DNA of 33,116 nucleotides from Hormiphora californensis (lineage: Eukaryota > Animalia > Ctenophora), in NCBI GenBank assembly GCA_020137815.1, contig WFME01000017.1, positions 1-33,116 on the forward strand, read 5' to 3'. The translations under genes were made by a program, and so were the position numbers. Below the pieces are notes generated by a model, which saw only the letters and a program-made list of their open reading frames with translations, was not told the DNA's origin and did not search any database. Every line of letters starts with the position of its first letter. Positions within the stretch are counted from its first letter, which is position 1. Below are positions 24,241-33,116 of the stretch, one piece after another.

Positions 24241-24885
24241 GTAAGGGCGTTTTGATAACCCACCCGGCGGAGCCGGGTGGCCCTCTTTTTCCCACATATG
24301 TCACCAGTTCAATGGTTGCCATGGCAACTAAATCGGTAACTATGGAGACTGAATTGCTAAATTATGTTCCGAAATGATCTCAAATTGCCAGCAAAGTAAA
24401 AACAACTGCTCCCAAAAGAGGGCCGGGTGTTACACGTAACGCTTTGGGTTTGACATCTGATTTAGAGTTCTATTCGACACTCCCATAATAATGGGTGTGG
24501 TAATTAAACATGTGACACTGTGCAGTGTACTGAGCTGATGACTGTGAGATATGTGACACTGACAGGGCCTGGTTTCTGATGAGATGAAATGTGATCGGAT
24601 AGCAGGAGCAGTGAGCACACATCAAGAGGACCCAAAACAATTTAAATCAGTGCCATAGCAACATGAAGTGGTCATGACAGGAAGTTATCATTCCAGGAAT
24701 GCGCGCAGCGGAAGGAGAAGTTAAAGCAGTCGCTGTTAGTAGCCACTGTGTGCGGGCGGCTCAACTTCCGCCATAGTTACGTAATTTTGGTCACTGCACC
24801 ACTGCAGGACGCCATTGAAATTCTTAATGAAGGAGCACTGTCGCGTAGAAACGCACTGAACGAACGACTTCGACTTCGACGCGAC
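24241..24885 (-). mobile_element. Non-autonomous element with terminal GC hairpin and subterminal inverted repeat (Helentron/DINE-like, tentative)
   Basis: Hairpin CCACCCGGC-GGA-GCCGGGTGG near one end. GTCGCGT...ACGCGAC inverted repeat with (CGACTT) repeats at the other. Both ends are shared with 24933-25187. Confidence 0.5.
24315..24328. promoter_or_regulatory. Perfect RFX X-box palindrome GTTGCCATGGCAAC
   Basis: Exact match to the X-box consensus; one-mismatch copy at 24995-25008. Function not shown. Confidence 0.4.
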
Positions 24886-24932
24886 ATTTCCAAATTATAA
24901 TATAGACTAGCGCACCCATTGGGTGCGCCTCA

Positions 24933-25187
24933 AGTAAAGCCTTTTGATAACACACCCGGCTTCGCCGGGTGGTTCTTTCAACGTCAATAATATGGTTGTC
25001 ATGGCAACTGGAGTAGTAAATGGAGTGGGAATTATTGAAATTCATTCGAAAATATTAACAAACTTCCACTGGAAGATCCAAAAGTGTAAATGGAAGCTTT
25101 ACAGCTTTGGGCACATTGAAGTGTTTTATGAAGGAGCAGCCTGTCGCGTAGATACCGCTGAACGAACGACTTCGACTTCGACGCGAC
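24933..25187 (-). mobile_element. Shorter relative of the 24241-24885 element, same termini, different interior
   Basis: TTTTGATAAC..CACCCGGCTTCGCCGGGTG head; CTGAACGAACGACTTCGACTTCGACGCGAC tail; followed by (TA)n. Confidence 0.5.
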
Positions 25188-25801
25188 TATATATATATAT
25201 ATAGAGATATATACATAAAATATGTATTGTAAAATGTAAATATATGTAATACGGTATTTGACCATTACGGTTTCTGAAATACATATGTATTTGAAATACA
25301 TATATATTTCGGTGTCACGTGTTGTCAATCTGGCGCTCTGATTGGTCTCGTCTTACCGTTTTTCACTGATACCGTGTTGAACCGATACTGTATTCTCACT
25401 ACAAGCACCCATGTAACCATTTGCATTTATCTAATTCTAACTAATCGAATAATTTGATACAACAGCTGTAGGAATTCACACAGGCCAGGTCTTAATTTTG
25501 ATAATCGTCCGAATCATCGAGTAGAGAATTACGTTTTATGATATCTATGCTAACTGGGGCCGGGGGGGGGGGGGGAAGATACTGAACTGGAGGTACTGAA
25601 CTGGAGTTCGGCGACTACTTACTGAAAAAAAAAAACGAAATTCGGGCGTCCAACCAATTATTAGTTTTGCTTCAATTAGGAACCCCCCCCCCCCCCGTCA
25701 GTACGGCTGTTTACTGAAAATAACTGAATTATATTTTTTCTTCAATAAGTATAGCTGCACCGTCTACTTGCTAAATCGTTATTGTCTTTTTTAGATTCTT
25801 C

Positions 25802-26789
25802 ATGGTGTTAGTGGTATATCTCTTCATCTCACTGCTGCTTATACAGACCGGCTCTGGAACAGGTAACAGTAATTACAGTGGGATCCCGATTATACGGTAT
25901 ACCTTACTCTCGCTAATTAAGAAACGCTTTAGGAAGAAATTTTTTTATAAGAAACGGGAAATGTGGAAACACATTAAATAAGAAACCCCAAAATAAGAAA
26001 CTCCCCCAAGAAAGTAAGAAACCCCAAAAATAAGAAACGCAAAAATAAGAAACCCCAAAAATAAGAAACGCAAAAATAAGAAACCCAAAAATTAAGAAAC
26101 CCCAAAATTAAGAAACCCCAAAATTAAGATACCCCAAAATTAAGAAACCCCAAAATTAAGAAACCCCAAAATTAAGAAACCCCAAAATTAAGAAACCCCA
26201 AAATTAAGAAACCCCAAAATTAAGAAACCCCAAAATTGAGAAACCCCAAAATTAAGAAACCCCAAAATTAAGAAACCCCAAAATTAAGAAACCCCAAAAT
26301 TAAGAAACCCCAAAATTAAGAAACCCCAAAAATAAGAAACCCCAAAAATAAGAAACCCCAAAAATAAGAAACTCGAAAAATAATAAACTCGAAAAATAAG
26401 AAACCTAATTAGGGGAGGGCCTCAAAAAGCCCTAAAATGGACATTTTTGACAACACAGACCAAATGCGGCAAAATAACGCAATTTGAACTAGGTAAAATG
26501 TTGTTTAGGCTATTTCGAAGGTGTGGTCAAAATTTCAGCTCATAACGGTTGACAGGTTACGAAATGGTGGCCGGAATAAGTAAGCTGAGACAAGGGGGTT
26601 AAACACAACACAAAACAACTGCAATGAACTGCTTGTGTGTAAACACTCAGAACTGTCGCAGAATGCAGAGGCCCGTTTCTTATCTCTGTTTTCAAGATGG
26701 GTGTGTCGCCCTGCTTTCTCTCCCAATCTCTCTTCCTATCTCGTCCTCTTTTTCTTTCTTTATCATTGATGATGTCTGCGTGTGTGTGT

Positions 26790-26869
<80 letters not shown>

Positions 26870-27294
26870 CTAAGAAGCAAAGCGAGTGTTAAAACACAAT
26901 CTAAGAGTGGGTGGGTACGAAAAGATAAGGTATTAGACCAGAATGTAGCTCGACAGTGGGGGGTACGAAAAGATAAGAAGTGATACTGAGTGTGAGAAGG
27001 GAAAAAGGGGGGGGGAAGAGATGAAACAAAAATGACGACACGAAAGCAAGAAATCATGAACACAAAACACACGGATTTGAGAGAGTGCAAGAGATAGATG
27101 AACGAGATAGGGATCGGGAGGTGCTCATGCGTGACAGACCTCCACGCACGTGACTTAGAATGCTGGCACCCAATTGGCTGATCATAGTGAAAGTGAAAGT
27201 GACCATAAATGCAGCAATTTGATTGGCTGCGCTGACTGAGTTTGTGATTGGGGGCGGGAACTGGGAAGAGAGAGAGAGAGGGAGAGAGAGAGAG

Positions 27295-27359
<65 letters not shown>

Positions 27360-27363
27360 GTGG

Positions 27364-27431
<68 letters not shown>

Positions 27432-30400
27432 AAGCAGGGCGACACACCCATCTTGAAAACAGAGATAAGAAACGGGCCTCTGCATTCTGCGACAGTTCTG
27501 AGTGTTTACACACAAGCAGTTCATTGCAGTTGTTTTGTGTTGTGTTTAACCCCCTTGTCTCAGCTTACTTATTCCGGCCACCATTTCGTAACCTGTCAAC
27601 CGTTATGAGCTGAAATTTTGACCACACTTTCGAAATAGTCTAAACAACATTTTACCTAGTTCAAATTGCGTTATTTTGCCGCATTTGGCCTGTGTTGTCA
27701 AAAATGTCCATTTTAGGGCTTTTTGAGGCCCTCCCCCTAATTAGGTTTCTTATTTTTTGAGTTTCTTTTTTTGGGGTTTCTTATTTTTTGAGTTTCTTTT
27801 TTTGGGGTTTCTTATTTTTGGGGTTTCTTATTTTTGGGGTTTCTTATTTTTGAGTTTCTTATTTTTGGGGTTTCTTAATTTTTTTAGTTTCTTAATTTTG
27901 GGGTTTCTTATTTTTGGGGTTTCTTATTTTTGGGGTTTCTTATTTTTGGGGTTTCTTATTTTTGGGGTTTCTTATTTTGGGGGTTTCTTAATTTTGGGGT
28001 TTCTTAATTTTGGGGTTTCTTACTTTTGGGGTTTCTTAATTTTTGGGGTTTCTTATTTTTGGGGTTTCTTAATTTTGGGGTTTCTTATTTTTGGGGTTTC
28101 TTAATTTTGGGGTTTCTTATTTTTGGGGTTTCTTATTTTTGGGGTTTCTTATTTTTGGGGTTTCTTATTTTTGGGGTTTCTTAATTTTGGTTTCTTATTT
28201 TTTTAGTTTCTTAATTTTGGTTTCTTATTTTTTCAGTTTCTTAATAAACGAGAGAGTTTCTTATTTTTAGGGTGTCTAAATTTTGGGGTTTCTTGTAAAA
28301 AAGTTTATTATTTAAAAGTTTCTTGAAATATGCGAGCTTAATTAACGAGAGTAAGGTATACTATACCAGGCACTCCTTTCCCCGATTTGCCAGGACTTTC
28401 TCCCCGAGAATCCCCGTAAATCGGCCGGGTCCGACTATTAGTAATAGGAGAAAGAATAGGGCTGACGAGAGATAGTAATTACAACATATAATCTTAACAA
28501 GAACTAGAATGACTGCCAAAGAACAGGGAGGCATGGGAATTCCCCCGGAGTCCAAATTAAGAGAAGTGATAGAGAAGTGATAGAGAGAAAGAGACACCCC
28601 GATTTAACGGACAAAACTCCTTCCCCCGAAATTACCGTCAGACTGTATATATAATATTATATAAATCACATCTGCCATTAAAGGGCCTAAAAACCCAAAT
28701 TTTAATTAATTATTTTGAACACTCCATCGTAACAAGCATGCTATTGGAGTCCCAAAAAGCATAGGCACACGCCACATGGACCCCAGGTGAGCCCAGGGGG
28801 AGCCCCTCAAGTTGGGGCCCATTTGGGGTCCCCTTGTAAACGCGCTTGTACTCCTTGAAATGCTAACAATATGATCCTCTCTCAAATATAAAATTTAGGA
28901 TAGAAATGATCCTTGTGTTTTAGTAGATTTCATAATCTTTCTCATCAATTATTATTTAAGCCTATCAAAACTAGGATAAAAATTACCAGAATACAGAGAC
29001 AAGAAAGGTTATGTACTCACCTGTAACATAAGGATAAATTTACCCAAAACTTCAAATTTGAGAGAGGATCATATTGTTAGCATTTCAAGGAGTACAAGCG
29101 CGTTTACAGGGGGACCCCAACTGGGCCCGAACTTGAGGTGCTCCCCCTGGGATCACCTTGGGTCCGTGGGGCGTGTACCTATGTTTTTTGGGACTCCAAT
29201 AGCATGCTTGTTACGATGTAGTGTTCAAAATAAATAAATAGAATTTGGGTTTTTAGGCCCTTTAATGTGTATGTGTGTGGCTCTAGGTTTTAGCGTACCA
29301 AACTCACCCTTCTGACCACCTTTGTTTTCAGACCGTTGTGTTAATAAGATCCAGTACCCATATGCATCTGACGGAACAAGTTATGCAATCCAACATTACA
29401 ATGAGTCAGGAAGGTTTCATGAATTCACCCTAGCCTTCTGGTTCGGGTACGATTCATGGCCGTCAACTGATTGGCAATGCGTAATGGGGTTCGCGACGGG
29501 CGTTCCTGTCGGTCCTACACTAATTGAAGATTTAAAAAATCCTTTAAACGATGAATCACTTGATGTTTGGTTTCAAACATCAGGGAAACAAATCCGTATA
29601 GATTTTGCTAAGGATTACGAGATTTGTAAGTTTGACTGAGCTGAGCTGACAACAATCACAGCTAAAAAATTCCAAAATATCAATGATGAGATCTTGTTCA
29701 GGATTAAGATAGAGAAGATATTAAAAATCTTGTTCTGATAAAAAATTCCACACACACACAATTATATAAATGTTTCCATATTTACACTTTTTAGGGACAA
29801 CAACAACCCTTTCTTTGAGGACCTGGAACCACTACACGGTCACATTCAACACGGTTGTGGGCCTAAAGATCTACGAGAATGGCACGGAAACAGTGTCTAG
29901 GGACGATCTTGCTAGTTATCAAATTCTGAAAGCAGGATACCTTGTCTTTGGGCAGGTAACTAAAGTAAAACACAAACATACACACACACACACAATTAGG
30001 CTTGGGGTTTGTGATATTTACAACGGTCATAGCTCGTGAGATAGAATTTGAATTTGGAGTTTAGGAAGAACTCGAAATGATCCTTCTAACTTCCAAATTT
30101 GCCTTTTTTAGTTTGGGTTAATTAAACCGTTAAGTTGGACCCAAACTAAAAAGGCAAACTTTGATTCAATATTTTGTTAAAATTCTAAAACATTTTTGAT
30201 CTTACAAAAGCTTTCAACTTTTCATTATCAGGACCAAGATAAACCAGCAGATCCAGCATCATTTCAAATTAAACAGTCCTGCTCCGGTCGTGTTAAAGAG
30301 CCGTACTTCTCGGACAAAGCAATTGGTTCTGATGAGGTGGCATTGTTGTACAAGGATCACCACCTTCCTGCAGGGACCAACATGATCGATAGTCATACTA

Positions 30401-30448
30401 TAACTGAATACGGTGAAATCGATATCTCATACACCGTTTGTAACCAAG
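25802..30448 (+). CDS. Secreted pentraxin/LamG-like domain protein, exons 25802-25862, 29332-29625, 29795-29955, 30232-30448; 3' end not resolved
   Basis: Signal peptide MVLVVYLFISLLLIQTGSGT. Spliced frame is open with consistent phases (1,1,0): ..EFTLAFWF..WNHYTVTFN..LKIYENG..GYLVFGQ|DQD..SFQIKQSCSGRV..DEVALLY, the pentraxin pattern (W.H...T, LxxGQEQD). Exon 4 ends in a phase-1 G|GTATG donor (read-through stop at 30466-30468). Confidence 0.8.
25876..28645. mobile_element. Tc1/mariner-type MITE (TA|CAGT...ACTG|TA) in pentraxin intron 1, split by the foldback element
   Basis: Termini CAGTGGGATCCCGATT and ..CAGACTG with TA flanks; internal CCCCGATTT / TAAATCGG motifs in 28361-28645. TIR match is short and degenerate. 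Confidence 0.55.
25900..28358. mobile_element. 2.46-kb foldback-type element: 0.8-0.9-kb inverted arms with internal 16-17-bp minisatellite (AAGAAACCCCAAAATT)n, TA TSD
   Basis: TA|TACCTTACTCTCG...CGAGAGTAAGGTA|TA. 26405-26722 is the reverse complement of 27426-27745. Minisatellite at 25980-26405 and 27745-28270. About 700-bp GA-rich spacer. Confidence 0.88.
28682..29261. mobile_element. 580-bp MITE, about 205-bp TIR, TTAA TSD (Kolobok-like AG terminus)
   Basis: TTAA|AGGGCCTAAAAACCCAAATT...AATTTGGGTTTTTAGGCCCT|TTAA; arms extend to GATCCTCTCTCAAAT / ATTTGAGAGAGGATC. Confidence 0.88.
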
Positions 30449-30517
30449 GTATGGTTATTTACATATAGCACTGAAGATGGTCGCGTGTGTTACGCGGAAT
30501 TATAATGGAATCAAACG

Positions 30518-31406
30518 TATGAAATCATTTGTAAAAGGCTAATTTTTTCGCGGTGTCCTTTATTCGTTTTTGACATTTTTTGACCGGATTATCGAAAAAT
30601 GCACAAAATGTTGAAATTGACTCAGTATATGTATTATGGCTAAACTTTAAGAGATGTACCAGTAAATAAATAAACCTCTTGCAAACGAGTTCTCGGTCAA
30701 AAATGGTTGATTTCATATGAAGTATGAACGTTTGTAGACTGGCGCGTTATGAAGTTGGCTGTTCCCAGCGCGAGCTGGGGACAGCCAACTGGAGTTTAAT
30801 CGCCCGGCAGGGCGATTAAACTGGTTTAAATCCCGACGCCGATCCCGAGGCGCCAGCCGAGGGTGAGGGGGAGGTGATTTAAACCTATAACGCGATAGGC
30901 TAACAAACGTTCATATTTTATGAAACCCGATAGTAATTACACACAAATAAGAGACACAACACAAGGTGAAACACACTAGGACTGCTGGCAAATAGTCAAT
31001 AGACACCCTGAAAATGTGTGTAGACTTAGTGTCTACTGTTCCTAACATGTTTGAGAAAGAGAGAGAAAGATTAGGAGCAATACACACTGTCAGAGGTAGT
31101 GAACAGTAAAAGAGACAATGAGAGAGAGAAATGAATGGAATGTGATTCTTTTCACTCCTTATGAGAGAGATAACATTGAAACGTGTTGCAGACATATTAC
31201 CCCTTTCTTTTGTTGACAGAACTGTGTGTTTACACACATTTTCAATACTTAGAATTTTACACGCATGTTATTCAAATGAAGAGAAACGCGTGAAAAAGGA
31301 CTCTGGCCTGATAAATCGCGAGCAGGGTGTTAAATCCCCCAGCTAGCAGTTATCATGAGCGCGCAAAATCTTCAAACGACTGATAAATCAGCTATCGGGT
31401 TTCATA
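30518..31406. mobile_element. Tripartite TATGAAA-bounded element with central cloverleaf (non-autonomous Crypton-like, tentative)
   Basis: Inverted repeat pairs 30518-30527/30708-30717 and 30919-30933/31392-31406 flank a multi-hairpin core. Confidence 0.5.
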
Positions 31407-31827
31407 TCTCCGTGAAACGTCGAACTCCGAATTCTTCAGTGTGCGTCATGCACCGTTGAGATCTCAATTCAATGCGCACCACTTGACATGTTCCTTGTCT
31501 GTCAGCTCTCACACCGGGCCGAAGGCCCGGTGTAAGCGAGGCGCTTAAGTGCCGAACAGACAGACTGCGTAGCATGGCAACGCACCACCAACTTCAGTGT
31601 GTCTCCTCCCAAATTCATACATAAATTCATACATTACATACATAAATTCATAAAACGGTCCCTTTCTTTCCCTCGAATCGTAATCTAACAAAGATATTTA
31701 TATGTTGGATTGAATTGGACAGGATTGAATCAAAGTTCGCCCTACAGCCCAAAGACAGGCGTCTGTTCAAAGCACAGACTAAATTTTGGTATCAAAAGAA
31801 AGCTATACTATAATAGATGTATGGGCG

Positions 31828-32036
31828 CCCCCATCAGAATGTCGCTCGGCAATTTCCGTATTGGCTCGGTGATTGGTTCGGTAACAACAAGTGGTTTGCC
31901 GAGCCATGCGGCCTTGTGCGGTAAGTTTTCGGCGACCTCCTTGACTCTCCGAACCACTGGTTCGGCAAACCACCTGTTGTTCCCAAGCCGTCTCCCGAAC
32001 GAATGCGGAAATTGCCGAGCGACATTCTGATGAGGG
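31828..32036. mobile_element. 210-bp MITE copy 2 (same orientation as 20128-20337)
   Basis: Near-identical sequence with a few differences. Confidence 0.88.
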
Positions 32037-32916
32037 AAGGAGGTCAAAATGGGAAAGTTTCTTAGAGATAAGGAGGTCAAAGTAGGTAAGTTTCTTAGAG
32101 ATAAGAAGGTCAAAGTGGGACAAGTTTCTTAGAGATAAGAAGGTCAAAGTGGGACAAGTTTCTTAAGGATAAGGGGGTCAAAGTGGGAAAGTTTCTTAGA
32201 GATAAGGAGGTCAAAATGTCAAAGTTTCTTAGAGATAAGGAGGTCAAAGTGGGACAAGTTTCTTAGAGATAAGGAGGTCAAAGTTGGAAAGTTTCTTAAG
32301 GATAAGGGGGTCAAAGTGGGAAAGTTTCTTAGAGATAAGGAGGTCAAAATGTCAAAGTTTCTTAGAGATAAGGAGGTCAAAGTGGGACAAGTTTCTTAGA
32401 GATAAGGAGGTCAAAGTGGGAAAGTTTCTTAGAGATAAGGAAGTCAAAATGGGAAAGTTTCTTAGAGAAAGGGAGGTCAAAGTGGGAAAGTTTCTTAGAG
32501 ATTAGGAGGCTAAAGTAGGACAAGTTTCTTAGAGATAAGGAGGTCAAAGTGGGACAAGTTTCTTAGAGATAAGGGGGTCAAAGTGGGAAAGTTTCTTATA
32601 GATAAGGAGGTCAAAGTGGCAAAGTTTCTAAGAGATTAGGAGGTTAAAATGGGACAGTTTCTTAGAGGTTAGGAGGTCAAATTGGGAAAGTTTCTTAGAG
32701 ATAAGGAGGTCAAAGTGGGACAAGTTTCTTAGAAATTAGGAGGTCAAAGTGGGAAAGTTTCTTAGAGATAAGGAGGTCAAAATGGGAAAGTTTCTTAGAG
32801 ATAAGGAGGTCAAAGTGGGACAAGTTTCTTAGAGATAAGGAGGTCAAAGTGGGAAAGTTTCTTAAAGATAAGCAGGTCAAAGTAGGTAAGTTTCTTAGAG
32901 ATAAGAAGGTCAAAAT
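32037..32916 (+). repeat. 33-bp satellite, right part
   Basis: Same monomer and orientation as 16108-20127. Confidence 0.97.
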
Positions 32917-33002
32917 CTTGTTTTCTTTGATAAAAAAAAAAATTTTCCAAAAAAAACCCATACACACAATTATATAAATGTTTCCATATTTATACTTTTT
33001 AG

Positions 33003-33116
33003 GGACAACAACAACCCTTTCTTTGGGCACCTGGAACCACTACACGGTCACATTCAACACGGTTGTGGGCCTAAAGATCTACGAGAATGGCACAGAAACA
33101 GTGTTTAGGGACGATC
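33003..33116 (+). CDS. Second copy of pentraxin exon 3 (runs off window)
   Basis: TTTTTAG|GG ACA ACA..; TTTTLSLGTWNHYTVTFNTVVGLKIYENGTETVFRDD. Four nt differences from 29795-29908. The upstream intron (32912-33002) is also homologous to 29724-29794. Confidence 0.8.

Larger units (their letters stand above)
20128..32036. mobile_element. 11.9-kb composite-transposon-like insertion bounded by two MITE copies, AA target-site duplication
   Basis: Left junction CTTAGAGAT-AA|CCCC; right junction GAGGG|AA-GGAGGTCAAA. Removing the unit and one AA restores a perfect satellite monomer. Confidence 0.75.

Noticed and set aside
26535-28104. ORFs across the foldback element (RE/SL and FLFLGF repeats)
   Set aside because: Derived from GA microsatellites, the 16-17-bp minisatellite and mirrored arms.
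30711-30925. tRNA gene
   Set aside because: The cloverleaf is about 215 bp and lacks A/B box and T-loop motifs.
30469-31441. CACTG-terminal element or hammerhead ribozyme (CTGAAGA) around the cloverleaf element
   Set aside because: Only a 9-bp inverted match with non-matching flanks, and no stem II plus GAAA in hammerhead spacing.
20128-32036. LTR retrotransposon with 210-bp LTRs
   Set aside because: The direct repeats are themselves TIR palindromes without TG..CA ends, the TSD is 2 bp, there is no gag/pol, and the cargo retains introns.

Overview
Eukaryotic (animal) genomic DNA with spliceosomal introns. It is tentatively ctenophore-like, an impression from the repeats and the acceptor sites just before each ATG, not a tested assignment. 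Several stretches are indel-rich, as in unpolished long-read consensus. Layout: (1) about 12.8 kb of an 81-bp satellite whose unit is the 40 nt upstream of the start codon plus the first 41 coding nt of the adjacent gene; (2) that gene, a six-exon p24-delta/TMED10 (TMP21) orthologue at 12748-14986; (3) a 33-bp satellite (16108-20127 and 32037-32916) split by an 11.9-kb insertion (20128-32036) bounded by two same-orientation copies of a 210-bp CCC-terminal MITE, with a 2-bp AA target duplication only at the outer ends, i.e. a composite-transposon-like unit; (4) inside that unit, a Penelope-like GIY-YIG fragment, a very poor-quality homopolymer tract, Helentron/DINE-like elements, nested MITE/foldback elements and four exons of a secreted pentraxin-domain gene; (5) a second, slightly diverged copy of pentraxin exon 3 at the right window edge. 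Most ORFs in the supplied track are by-products of repeats.
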